Positions 50,371-60,340 of a stretch of DNA of 64,000 nt are shown in pieces. This DNA is from an uncultured Veillonellaceae bacterium (lineage in GTDB: Bacteria; Bacillota; Negativicutes; JARBTT01). Both the position numbers and the translations under genes were made by a program. The notes under the pieces were generated by a model that saw only the letters and a list, made by a program, of their open reading frames with translations, ran no database searches and was not told the origin of the DNA. The stretch is from NCBI GenBank assembly GCA_963805085.1, contig CAWDTA010000002.1:1536001-1600000 (forward strand), given 5' to 3'. The stretch's first letter is position 1. Each line of letters starts with the position of its first letter.

Positions 50371-51474
50371 ATGATTGCACTACAAAAGACACCTCTATAT
50401 GAGACTCATCTGGAACATGGTGGTAAAATCGTTGAATTTGGCGGATGGTTACTTCCCGTACAATATACGGGAATTTTAGAAGAGCATCGAGCCGTTAGAG
50501 AAAAGGCGGGGCTATTTGATGTTTCGCATATGGGGGAGGTACTTGTCAAAGGCTCTGATGCGTTGGCATTTTTGCAAAATTTAGTAACAAATGATGTATC
50601 TCGCCTTACCAAACATAAAATACAATATACACCAATGTGCTATAAAGATGGTGGTGTCGTTGATGACCTGCTGATTTATAAGCAAGGCGAAGAGGAATAT
50701 TTATTAGTGATCAATGCGGCTAATATTGAAAAAGATTGGCAGTGGATGCAGGAAAACAAAGGAAATTTTCAGGTAAAACTAACCAACCTATCTGATCGAA
50801 CAGCGCAATTGGCGTTGCAAGGACCAATGGCCGAGAGTATTCTTAGCCATTTGACAGATACTAACCTAGAGGAATTAGAGTATTATTGGTTTTTGCCAAA
50901 AGTAATCGTAGCAGGTAAGGAGACTCTTATATCAAGAACTGGGTATACTGGTGAGGATGGTTTTGAAATTTACTGTCAGGCTGAGGATGCTACTCAGTTG
51001 TGGGATGCGATCATGACTGCGGGTAAATCTTATGGATTATTGCCAGCAGGTTTAGGTTGTAGAGATACCTTGCGCTTTGAAGCTTGCTTGCCATTATACG
51101 GGCATGAATTATCCAAGGATATTTCACCGATAGAAGCCGGGATTGGTATGTTTGTGAAGCTGGATAAAGGTGATTTTAACGGTCAGGCTGCTTTGGCAGA
51201 GCAAAAGAAAAATGGTGTAAAGCGCAAGATTGCCGGCTTTGTGGTGACTGGTCGAGGTATTGCTCGGGCTGAATATCCCGTAATGGCTGAAGGAAGGCGT
51301 ATCGGTACAGTAACCACGGGAACTTATGCACCAACTTTGGATAAGAATATTGGTCTTGCTTTGGTGGAAGCTGAATTTGCCAAGGTTGGGCAAGAATTTG
51401 CTATAGAAATTCGCGGTAAAAATGTAGCTGCTCAGGTAATTCCGAAGCCATTTTATAAAAGAGAGGGGAAATAA
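50371..51474 (+). CDS. gcvT: Glycine cleavage aminomethyltransferase T
   Basis: KTPLY, FDVSHMG, RTGYTGEDGFE; the 5' extension in the ORF track is the riboswitch. Confidence 0.96.
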   Translation: MIALQKTPLYETHLEHGGKIVEFGGWLLPVQYTGILEEHRAVREKAGLFDVSHMGEVLVKGSDALAFLQNLVTNDVSRLTKHKIQYTPMCYKDGGVVDDLLIYKQGEEEYLLVINAANIEKDWQWMQENKGNFQVKLTNLSDRTAQLALQGPMAESILSHLTDTNLEELEYYWFLPKVIVAGKETLISRTGYTGEDGFEIYCQAEDATQLWDAIMTAGKSYGLLPAGLGCRDTLRFEACLPLYGHELSKDISPIEAGIGMFVKLDKGDFNGQAALAEQKKNGVKRKIAGFVVTGRGIARAEYPVMAEGRRIGTVTTGTYAPTLDKNIGLALVEAEFAKVGQEFAIEIRGKNVAAQVIPKPFYKREGK

Positions 51475-51476
51475 AT

Positions 51477-51866
51477 ATGAATATTCCAGCAGAATTAAAG
51501 TATTCACGTGACCATGAATGGGTAAAAATTGAGGGCAATCACGCAACAGTAGGTATTACGGATTATGCACAGTCTCAGCTTGGCGATGTAGTTTTTGTTG
51601 AAGTGCCTATTGCTGATACGAGTGTCGTTGTGGGAACGGGATTTTCCGTGGTAGAGTCAGTCAAAGCGGTATCTGATATTTATGCTCCAGTTGGCGGTAA
51701 AATTGTCAAAATAAATGATGCACTTACCGATACGCCGGAAATTATGAATGAGGACCCTTATGGCGAAGGGTGGATAGCAGTAATCAAAATAGCCGATCAA
51801 ACCGATTTAGATAACTTGCTTAGTAGTGATGAGTATGAAAAATTCATAACGGAGGAGGGGAATTAA
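51477..51866 (+). CDS. gcvH: Glycine cleavage H protein
   Basis: HEW, GITDYAQ..LGD, VESVKA lipoyl Lys. Confidence 0.96.
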   Translation: MNIPAELKYSRDHEWVKIEGNHATVGITDYAQSQLGDVVFVEVPIADTSVVVGTGFSVVESVKAVSDIYAPVGGKIVKINDALTDTPEIMNEDPYGEGWIAVIKIADQTDLDNLLSSDEYEKFITEEGN

Positions 51867-51867
51867 A

Positions 51868-53214
51868 ATGGCGTGGAGCTATTTACCTCATACCGATGAA
51901 GATCGACGCACTATGCTGGCGGCAATTGGTGTAGAAAGAATAGAAAAAATTTTTAGCGATATTCCTGATGAATTATTATTTAAAAGGCCACTCAATTTAC
52001 CACCTGCGATGTCTGAACCGGAGCTCGTAAACACAATGCAAAAGTTAGCTGGTAAGAATGCCAATCTGCAGGAGTATACCTGTTTTCTAGGGGCGGGAGC
52101 TTACGATCACTACATACCAAGTGTGGTTGACCATGTGATAGGGCGATCGGAGTTTTATACTGCATATACGCAATATCAACCAGAAATATCACAGGGATAT
52201 TTGCAAGCGTTATGGGAATATCAGAGCATGATTTGCCAGCTAACCGGGATGGAAGTTTCCAATGCTTCTATGTATGACGGTGGTACTGCCTTGGCTGAGG
52301 CAGCGATGATGGCTTGCGGTATTACGCGCCGCAGTGAAGTGCTGGTAGCGAGTACTGTACATCCTAATTATCGCGGGGTCATCAATACATATGGAATGGA
52401 TCGGGACTATAAAATAACAGAGTTAGGCTACGGCGATGGCACTGTCAATCAAGCAGAAATTACACAGCTCATGAGTAAAAATGTAGCGGCGATCATCCTC
52501 CAATCACCGAATTTCTTTGGCTGTATTGAAGATGTGAAAAAAATTGCTGAGATTGCTCATGCGCAGGGTGCACTCTTTATCGTTGCTGTTGATCCGATTT
52601 CCTTAGGAATTTTAGAAGCGCCGGGCGTGCTTGGTGCTGATATCGTAGTAGGCGAAGGCCAGCCGATGGGATTAGCGCCTGCTTTTGGCGGTCCTTATCT
52701 AGGTTTTTTTGCGACTAATGAAAAACTCATGCGTAAAATGCCGGGTCGTATTGTCGGGCAGACGGTAGACCATGAGGGCAATCGTGGTTTCGTGCTAACC
52801 TTGCAGGCACGGGAACAACATATTCGTAGGGAAAAGGCTACTTCCAATATCTGCTCGAATGAAGCTTTATGTGCCTTGACCGCGGCTGTCTATTTGAGTA
52901 CTGTCGGTAAAGTGGGCTTACAGCAAGTAGCGGGATTGTCCTTGCAAAAATCGCATTATGCTTGTAGTGAACTGACAAAATTGGCTGGCTTTAGCAGTGC
53001 TTTTGATGCAAGTTATTTTAAAGAGTTTGTGATCCGTTGTCCGAAACCTATAGCTGAAATCAATGCGGAATTATTACAGGAAAAAATAATTGGTGGGCTC
53101 GATCTTGGGCTGTATTATCCAGAACTTAAAAACTGTATGCTCTTGTGTGTAACGGAGAATAGAACACAGGACGACATTGATAAATTAGTTGAAAAATTGG
53201 GGGCGATGGGATGA
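51868..53214 (+). CDS. gcvPA: Glycine dehydrogenase subunit 1
   Basis: [30 protein letters not shown]. Confidence 0.96.
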   Translation: MAWSYLPHTDEDRRTMLAAIGVERIEKIFSDIPDELLFKRPLNLPPAMSEPELVNTMQKLAGKNANLQEYTCFLGAGAYDHYIPSVVDHVIGRSEFYTAYTQYQPEISQGYLQALWEYQSMICQLTGMEVSNASMYDGGTALAEAAMMACGITRRSEVLVASTVHPNYRGVINTYGMDRDYKITELGYGDGTVNQAEITQLMSKNVAAIILQSPNFFGCIEDVKKIAEIAHAQGALFIVAVDPISLGILEAPGVLGADIVVGEGQPMGLAPAFGGPYLGFFATNEKLMRKMPGRIVGQTVDHEGNRGFVLTLQAREQHIRREKATSNICSNEALCALTAAVYLSTVGKVGLQQVAGLSLQKSHYACSELTKLAGFSSAFDASYFKEFVIRCPKPIAEINAELLQEKIIGGLDLGLYYPELKNCMLLCVTENRTQDDIDKLVEKLGAMG

Positions 53215-54662
53215 GAAAGACGAAAACCTTAATTTTTGAAATAGGCAAAGCAGGTCGCTGTGCGATAGATTTGCCAACTTGTGATGTACCAGAGCAACCG
53301 ATTGCCTCACTGATTCCCCAAGAATTTTTACGGAAAGATCCTGCGCCATTGCCAGAGGTTAGCCAGCTAGATTTAATGCGCCATTATACGCAGTTGTCCC
53401 AGCGAAACTTTGGCGTAGATTCAGGCTTTTATCCATTGGGTTCGTGTACGATGAAGTATAATCCCAAAGTAAATGAGGATGTTTGCCGTTATCCCGGATT
53501 TTCTTTGGTGCATCCCCTGCAACAGCCGGAAACTGCACAGGGGGCACTAGAACTACTCTATGATATGCAGCAGTATCTTGCGGAGATCGCTGGCATGGAT
53601 GCGGTGACGATGCAGCCAGTTGCTGGTGCGCATGGTGAATTGACAGGGCTCAAACTGATTCGTGCGTATCATCGACACAGAGGGGAAGCGAGAACGAAGG
53701 TAATCGTTCCAGATTCCGCGCATGGTACCAATCCTGCTTCGGCTACCGTATGTGGACTTGAAATCGTGGAAATAAAATCGAATGAAGATGGATCGATCAA
53801 TCTAGATGCACTCCGCGCGGCAGTTGGAAAAGATACGGCGGCACTCATGTTGACGAACCCTAGCACCTTGGGATTATTTGAGACGAATATTGAAGAAATT
53901 GCCAGTATCGTTCATGAAGCTGGGGGCCTGTTATATTATGATGGAGCGAACGCCAATGCGATTATGGGTATCGTTAGACCTGGTGATATGGGCTTTGATG
54001 TCGTGCATTTTAATCTACATAAGACCTTTGGTACACCACATGGCGGCGGTGGCCCAGGCGCCGGTGCTGTTGGTGTAAAGAGCAGTCTTGTACCATTTTT
54101 GCCGACGCCGGTCATCACCTTTGATGGCAGTAAGTATGATCTGGATCATCATCGTCCAGAATCTATTGGCAAGGTGCATTCTTTTTATGGTAATTTTGGT
54201 GTGATTGTTCGTGGTTATGCTTATATCCGTGCCTTGGGACCAGATGGATTGCGTCAAGCAAGTGAGGATGCAGTAATGAACGCGAATTACTGCTTGAGTC
54301 AATTGAAAGAGCATTATCATGCACCGTTTGATCGTTTCTGTATGCATGAATGTATCTTAAACTCCAAGAAACAAGCTCAATATGGGATTCACACCTTGGA
54401 TATTGCGAAGCGTCTGCTAGATTATGGCTACCATCCACCAACGATTTATTTTCCAATGATTGTAGAAGAAGCGCTGATGATTGAGCCAACCGATACCGAA
54501 AGCAAAGAAACCTTAGATGCTTTTATCGACGTAATGATTAAAATTGCAAAAGAAGCTGAGTCGGATGCAACGCAGATCAAGAGTGCACCACATACGACGG
54601 TCGTTGGTCGTTTGGATGAAACTTTAGCGGCTCGTAAACCGGTGGTAAGATGGCAGACGTGA
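53211..54662 (+). CDS. gcvPB: Glycine dehydrogenase subunit 2
   Basis: [27 protein letters not shown]. Confidence 0.96.
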   Translation: MRKTKTLIFEIGKAGRCAIDLPTCDVPEQPIASLIPQEFLRKDPAPLPEVSQLDLMRHYTQLSQRNFGVDSGFYPLGSCTMKYNPKVNEDVCRYPGFSLVHPLQQPETAQGALELLYDMQQYLAEIAGMDAVTMQPVAGAHGELTGLKLIRAYHRHRGEARTKVIVPDSAHGTNPASATVCGLEIVEIKSNEDGSINLDALRAAVGKDTAALMLTNPSTLGLFETNIEEIASIVHEAGGLLYYDGANANAIMGIVRPGDMGFDVVHFNLHKTFGTPHGGGGPGAGAVGVKSSLVPFLPTPVITFDGSKYDLDHHRPESIGKVHSFYGNFGVIVRGYAYIRALGPDGLRQASEDAVMNANYCLSQLKEHYHAPFDRFCMHECILNSKKQAQYGIHTLDIAKRLLDYGYHPPTIYFPMIVEEALMIEPTDTESKETLDAFIDVMIKIAKEAESDATQIKSAPHTTVVGRLDETLAARKPVVRWQT

Positions 54663-55450
54663 TTTGTTTTACCTATCCCAATCAAACCAAATCGGTCAGT
54701 GTTACAGCTGCGCATTGCGAGCAAGATTGTGCGCATTGCGGTGGTCATTATCTAAAACATATGTTGCCAATTTCAGCGATTGAGGCGAGCAGTGCCACTA
54801 GTTTTTTAATTAGTGGTGGCTGTGAAGCCGATGGCAAGGTTCCGATTGGAGAGCATATTGCAGAGCTGAAAGAGCTAAAGAAGGGCAGACGTTACAATCT
54901 CCATGTAGGCTTGATTGATAAAGAGGAAATCGCGAAGATCGCGGAGATTGCCGACTGTGTTTCTTTTGATTTTGTTGGTGCTGATGAAACGATTCGTGAA
55001 GTATTTGGTATCGAACGGACAGTACAGGATTATATCAATTGTTATCAAGCGCTACGTCAGCAGGTGAAAGTGATGCCGCATATCTGCATCGGACTGCATG
55101 GTGGTGAACTTAGGGGCGAATATAAAGCCATCGAACTTTTGCAAGAATTAGGTGTAGATGGCTTAACTTTTATTATTTTTACGCCAACGCGAGGAACTCG
55201 TTATGCAGAATGTTCGCCGCCAAAGATGGAAGAAGTAGTAGAACTATTAAAGTGGGCGCGGCAGACTTGTCCGTCTATACCAATTCACTTAGGTTGTATG
55301 CGACCCGGGGGACGCTATCGCAGTGAGATTGATCAATGGGCAGTTAAAATCGGAGTTGATACGATTGTGAATCCTACGCCTAAAGCAGTGGAGCTAGCAA
55401 AAGAAATGGGCATGTCTATTCAGCGGAGTGAGGAGTGCTGTGTATTATGA
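54650..55450 (+). CDS. Radical SAM lipoyl synthase component, LipS1-like
   Basis: [14 protein letters not shown] and terminal CC motifs; gcv/lipoate context. Confidence 0.75.
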   Translation: MADVICFTYPNQTKSVSVTAAHCEQDCAHCGGHYLKHMLPISAIEASSATSFLISGGCEADGKVPIGEHIAELKELKKGRRYNLHVGLIDKEEIAKIAEIADCVSFDFVGADETIREVFGIERTVQDYINCYQALRQQVKVMPHICIGLHGGELRGEYKAIELLQELGVDGLTFIIFTPTRGTRYAECSPPKMEEVVELLKWARQTCPSIPIHLGCMRPGGRYRSEIDQWAVKIGVDTIVNPTPKAVELAKEMGMSIQRSEECCVL

Positions 55451-56433
55451 ACCTTTGGAAACTTTCTGCAGGTACAGCTTGCGTGATTGGCAAAAAGAAA
55501 ATCAAAGCAAATGATCTGCCAACAACTGCCTATATCATGCTCGGAGAAAAGTGTAAAAATAACTGTCAATTTTGTGCGCAATCGCGAGAAAGTAGTGCTC
55601 GGACAGATCTGCTTTCACGGGTGACTTGGCCAATTATTGATAGCGAAGAAGCCGTACATGGCATTGATAATGCATATGAAGCAGGAACCATAAAACGAGC
55701 CTGTTTGCAGGTCGTAGATAACCCAGATAGTTGGGATACTACGGTGAGTGCCTTAGATTTATTACATAACAGCAGTAAAGTGCCGATTTGTGTTTCTAGT
55801 CATTTAGAAACGGTAGAAGAGGCAAAAAAACTGGTGGCAAGAGGTGCGCAGCGAGTTTGTATTGCACTAGATGCCGTTACCCCAGACTTATATGCAAAGG
55901 TAAAAAACGGTGATTGGGCTACTAAGTGGAATCTGCTACTAGCATGTGCAAAAAACTTGCCGGGACGTATCACTACGCATCTCATCGTCGGCTTAGGCGA
56001 AAGCGAAGAAGAGATGGTAGAGCGGATGGCAAGCTGCATTGACAAAGGGATCAGCATTGGTTTATTTGCTTTTACGCCTGTGCGCGGTACTGCTTTGGCA
56101 GATAAATTACCGCCATCAATTGGTCAATATCGGCGTATTCAGATTGCACATCGTTTGCTTCAACGTGGCTATCAGCAAGAGGTTATTGGTTATGAAAATA
56201 GCTGTATTGACGAGTTTAAAGTACCAGAAGTAGAACTTTTATCTATATTGATGGATGGCAAAGCTTTTCAAACAAGTGGCTGTGCGGATTGCAATCGTCC
56301 TTATTATAATGAACGTCCCGGTGGCATTATTTATAATTATCCTCGTCCTCTTACTCCTATTGAAGTTACCAAGGCGATTGAAGAGTGCGGGATCGTGAGG
56401 AGAGAGTCTTATGAACTGGCGAGTTATTCATAG
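55447..56433 (+). CDS. Radical SAM lipoyl synthase component, LipS2-like
   Basis: CKNNCQFC, LSRVTWP, TSGCADCNRP motif. Confidence 0.75.
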   Translation: MNLWKLSAGTACVIGKKKIKANDLPTTAYIMLGEKCKNNCQFCAQSRESSARTDLLSRVTWPIIDSEEAVHGIDNAYEAGTIKRACLQVVDNPDSWDTTVSALDLLHNSSKVPICVSSHLETVEEAKKLVARGAQRVCIALDAVTPDLYAKVKNGDWATKWNLLLACAKNLPGRITTHLIVGLGESEEEMVERMASCIDKGISIGLFAFTPVRGTALADKLPPSIGQYRRIQIAHRLLQRGYQQEVIGYENSCIDEFKVPEVELLSILMDGKAFQTSGCADCNRPYYNERPGGIIYNYPRPLTPIEVTKAIEECGIVRRESYELASYS

Positions 56434-57235
56434 TGGAATTGCGAATGCTATAGCAAATATGGCAATTGATGAAGCCATATTACTGTCACACAGTGCAGGG
56501 AAAGTTCCCCCGACACTCAGATTCTATGGGTGGAAGCCAGCCGCAGTTAGTTTAGGCTATTTTCAACGATCTAGGTCTGAAATAGATTTAGATCAATGTA
56601 AAGAACAGCAAATTGATGTAGTGCGAAGATTAACTGGTGGCAGAGCAGTATTGCATGATGCCGAGCTAACCTATAGCATCGTAGTTCGGGAAGATGATCC
56701 GCAGATTCCGCGAACCATCACGGCATCTTATTGTTATTTCAGTAAGGGACTCTTAGCAGGTCTTGAAAAACTGGGTATCAATGCGGAAATGACTGTACCG
56801 CTCGCGGCGTATGGACAGAAAAAAAAGCAACCTGCGTCAGCGGCTTGCTTTGATGCACCTTCTCATTATGAACTTACCGTAGCGGGGCGAAAGTTAGTAG
56901 GAAGTGCCCAAGTGCGCAAAAATGGCGTTATCTTACAGCATGGATCATTGCTTCTTCGATTTTCCGCTGAGCAGTTCGTAGACTTATTGCGAATGCAATC
57001 AGAAGAAAAACGGGAGCAAACGATTCACATGTTAAAGAGCAGGGCAACTTCCCTTGAAGAAGTGCTAGGAAGATCAGTTACCTGGGAGGAAGTGTATCGT
57101 CCTATGCCAGAAGCGTTTGCGTCTGCGCTAGGAATTCAGCTAGAGCAGGGAGAGCTTACCGCGGAAGAACAGGCGATAAGTAATGAACTTGCCGCCACAA
57201 AATACAGTCAGGATTCTTGGAATATACTGCGCTAA
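56411..57235 (+). CDS. Lipoate-protein ligase/octanoyltransferase (LipM/LplA family)
   Basis: NMAIDEA, RR.TGGRAVLH, CF, GRKLVGSAQ, QHGS. Confidence 0.9.
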   Translation: MNWRVIHSGIANAIANMAIDEAILLSHSAGKVPPTLRFYGWKPAAVSLGYFQRSRSEIDLDQCKEQQIDVVRRLTGGRAVLHDAELTYSIVVREDDPQIPRTITASYCYFSKGLLAGLEKLGINAEMTVPLAAYGQKKKQPASAACFDAPSHYELTVAGRKLVGSAQVRKNGVILQHGSLLLRFSAEQFVDLLRMQSEEKREQTIHMLKSRATSLEEVLGRSVTWEEVYRPMPEAFASALGIQLEQGELTAEEQAISNELAATKYSQDSWNILR

Positions 57236-57276
57236 TACGATTCATAGCAAATAGCGAAACCGAGGGAGGGGAAAAT

Positions 57277-58677
57277 ATGCAATATGATGTAGCAGTGATT
57301 GGTGGCGGCCCCGGTGGCTATGTTGCTGCCATACGAGCCGCTCAATTAGGTGGAAAGGTTTTATTAGTCGAAAAAGATAAATTGGGTGGAGTGTGTCTAA
57401 ACCGTGGTTGCATACCAACGAAGACGTTATTAAAGAGTGCGGAAAAATGGCAGGAGCTTAAAAAGTGTACTGAATTTGGTTTACAGGCGGATAATATAGG
57501 CTTTAACTTTGATGCGATTATGGAACGGAAAAATCAAGTGGTCAGCAAATTGCGGGGTGGGGTTGAGCAGTTGGTTAAAAGCAACGCGATAGAATTGATA
57601 TATGGGACGGCGATGCTAGAGGATGCGCATCATTTGAGTGTTGAGGAAGATGATGGGCAAATCAGCTATGAAGCAAAAAACATTATTATTGCTACAGGAT
57701 CTGTGCCGATGAGTCTACCCATACCAGGGCGGGAATTATCTGACGTCATTGACAGCAATCAGCTACTAGAAATGACTGAGGTACCACGCAGTATGATTGT
57801 AATCGGCGGCGGTGCTGTAGGTATAGAATTTGCTGCTATTTTTCAATCCTTTGGTTGCGAAGTTACTGTAGTAGAGATGCTCCCAACGATTTTACCGAAT
57901 GTCGATAGTGACTTAGTAAAACGAGTAGGTATTCCGATACGTAAACAGGGCATTAAAATGCTGACCAAGACAAAAGTAACGAGTATCGAAGAGAGTGCTG
58001 ACGGTGTTAAAGTTTTCCTTGATAATGGCAAGGGACTCCAAGTGCTTGCTGTAGAAAAAGTATTAATAGCAACTGGACGAAAACCTGTAGTAGAGGGACT
58101 TGGTCTTGAAACCGCAGGAGTCGAGTATAGCAAGCGCGGTATCAAAGCGAATGAAAAAATGGAGACCAATATAGCAGGCATTTATGCCATCGGTGATACA
58201 ACTGGACAAGAAATGTGGGCACACGCCGCTTCAGCAGAAGGCATGGTTGCCGCCGAAAACGCAATGGGCGGAAATACTACCATGGATTACAGCGCAGTGC
58301 CGGGCTGTATATTTACTTCGCCAGAAATAGCGATGGTTGGAATTACGGAGCAAGCGGCTGAGGAGCAAAACATAGCGATAAAGGTTAGCAAATTTAACTT
58401 CGCCAGCAATGGCAAGGCTGTTTCGATGGGTGAAACAGATGGACTAGTGAAAATCATCACCAACGCCAATAATGACAAGATCATAGGCATGCACATCCTC
58501 GGCGCCCACGCCAGTGACCTCATCATGGAAGGCGCAATCGCCATTCGTAATGGCCTAAAGGCAGAAGATATCGCGAAAACGATTCATCCCCATCCAAGTC
58601 TATCCGAGACAGTAATGGAAAGCGCCCATGGGATAGATGGGGATATGATTCATCAGGTGTTGTTGAAGGGACGGTAG
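57277..58677 (+). CDS. lpdA: Dihydrolipoyl dehydrogenase
   Basis: GGGPGG, GGVCLNRGCIP, HPHPSLSE; GGAGGG RBS before 57277. Confidence 0.95.
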   Translation: MQYDVAVIGGGPGGYVAAIRAAQLGGKVLLVEKDKLGGVCLNRGCIPTKTLLKSAEKWQELKKCTEFGLQADNIGFNFDAIMERKNQVVSKLRGGVEQLVKSNAIELIYGTAMLEDAHHLSVEEDDGQISYEAKNIIIATGSVPMSLPIPGRELSDVIDSNQLLEMTEVPRSMIVIGGGAVGIEFAAIFQSFGCEVTVVEMLPTILPNVDSDLVKRVGIPIRKQGIKMLTKTKVTSIEESADGVKVFLDNGKGLQVLAVEKVLIATGRKPVVEGLGLETAGVEYSKRGIKANEKMETNIAGIYAIGDTTGQEMWAHAASAEGMVAAENAMGGNTTMDYSAVPGCIFTSPEIAMVGITEQAAEEQNIAIKVSKFNFASNGKAVSMGETDGLVKIITNANNDKIIGMHILGAHASDLIMEGAIAIRNGLKAEDIAKTIHPHPSLSETVMESAHGIDGDMIHQVLLKGR

Positions 58678-58716
58678 TAGTAGGTTCATCAATCAATTTA
58701 ATATGCAATGACTTTT

Positions 58717-58741
58717 AACCCGCGAATTTCGCGGGTTTTTA
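58717..58741 (+). terminator. gcv operon terminator
   Basis: AACCCGCGAA-T-TTCGCGGGTT plus a T run. Confidence 0.8.
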
Positions 58742-59029
58742 CTTTGTTGTTTTGAAAGAATTCGGGGAGTTTAATCAGTGAAAGCAAAATTTAGCGGATG
58801 GCGTATTTCTGAGATTATTATTTCGTCAAGATTGTCTATGTATAATGTATTAATTTGCAGGAATTTGTATTGTTTAAATGGAATTTTACAAATTAAGAAT
58901 TAAATGTAAAATTTAATTGCTTTAATTGAAAGGACGGAAAATATGTATTTTAAGTTGATTAGAATAGTTTTTGTTGTAGTAATGTTTATAATGGGAACCA
59001 TTTGCGGAGATCAAACTGCATTTGCCTAA

Positions 59030-59057
59030 TGTCACGGGGACGGGGTTACTGACAACG
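59030..59057. repeat. REP-like element, left of the RAYT
   Basis: TGTCACGGGGACGGGGTTACTGACAACG; 25 of 28 positions match the inverted copy at 59866. Confidence 0.85.
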
Positions 59058-59095
59058 TTTTTGCTGTGAAATAAGATCAACTGGGGGTGTAATGC

Positions 59096-59863
59096 ATGGC
59101 GAGAAAGGCTAGAGAGAAAAGCGAAAGTGAAATTTATCATATAATTATGAGGGGAATAAACCGACAGACGATTTTTGAGGATGAAGAGGATTGTACCCAA
59201 TTTCTTCAAACGCTCCAGAGATACAAAGAAAAAAGCGGATACCAAATTTATGCCTATTGTTTGATGGGAAATCATGTGCACCTGCTGTTGAAAATTGGAC
59301 TAGAACCATTAGAACAAGTGATGCGGCGGCTATGTGGCAGCTATGTATATTGGTATAATAGTAAGTATCAGAGAGTAGGCAATCTATTTCAGGATCGATT
59401 TAAAAGCGAACCAGTAAAAGACGATGAATATTTTCAAATTGTGCAAAGATATATACATCAAAATCCAGTAAAAGCAGGGATGGTAAAACATGCGGAAGAA
59501 TATAAATGGAGCAGCTTTTATGAATATGTAAATAAGGCAGATTTGGTAGATGTAAATTTCTCTCTTGGAATGATAAGCAATGATAGAGGAAAGGCAATAC
59601 AGACTTTCATGCAATATACCAATGAAGTGAATGATCATGCATGTATAGATATAGATAACGAAACCAAACTGCGAATTACAGACGAAGAAGCAAGGGCTAT
59701 AATAAAAACAGAATGTAGAGTAAAGAACGTAAAAGATTTACAGAATCTTGATGCAATAACAAGAAATGAATACTTAAGAAAGCTAAAAAGTAAATATAAC
59801 TTATCAATTCGACAAATTGAAAGAATTACGGGTATTAACAGAGGTATTGTTTTAAAAGCATGA
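59096..59863 (+). mobile_element. REP-associated tyrosine transposase (RAYT, Y1/HUH)
   Basis: YHI..RG.NRQ, CLMGNHVHLL (HUH), Q.RF.S, YIHQNP (catalytic Tyr), C-terminal HTH. Confidence 0.88.
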
Positions 59864-59865
59864 AG

Positions 59866-59893
59866 CGATGTCAATAACCCCGTCCCCTTGACA
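59866..59893. repeat. REP-like element, right of the RAYT (inverted)
   Basis: CGATGTCAATAACCCCGTCCCCTTGACA. Confidence 0.85.
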
Positions 59894-59965
59894 CAATTAA
59901 TGACTATCAATGGAGAAGGACGCCGCTGAAAGATGAGGATAGGCAGTAACTTTACTTAAACGAAA

Positions 59966-60316
59966 ATGGAGGATAAGCATATTAAACTATTATTTATATG
60001 CAGTAAAAATAGATGGCGAAGCTTGACAGCGGAAAAAGTGTTTCAGGGTATTAATGGTTATGAAGTGAAGTCGGCAGGGACAGAGGAAAAAGCCCGTATT
60101 AAAGTAACGGGCGGACATATCGGCTGGGCAGATTTAATTTTTGTAATGGAAAAGAAACATGTAAGAAGGTTACAAGAGAAATTCAGGGATAGTCTTGATA
60201 ATAAGAAAATTGTGTGTCTTAATATCCCTGATGATTATCAATTTATGGATCGTGAATTAATTGAAATTCTGATATCTACAGTTTCAGAATATATTGAATT
60301 ACCGATAACGATTTAG
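59966..60316 (+). CDS. Low-molecular-weight protein tyrosine phosphatase-like protein
   Basis: LFICSKNRWRS.TAE, SAGT, WADLIFVME..H, IPD.Y. Confidence 0.88.
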   Translation: MEDKHIKLLFICSKNRWRSLTAEKVFQGINGYEVKSAGTEEKARIKVTGGHIGWADLIFVMEKKHVRRLQEKFRDSLDNKKIVCLNIPDDYQFMDRELIEILISTVSEYIELPITI

Positions 60317-60340
60317 CTCATAGGGGGACAGTAACCTGTC

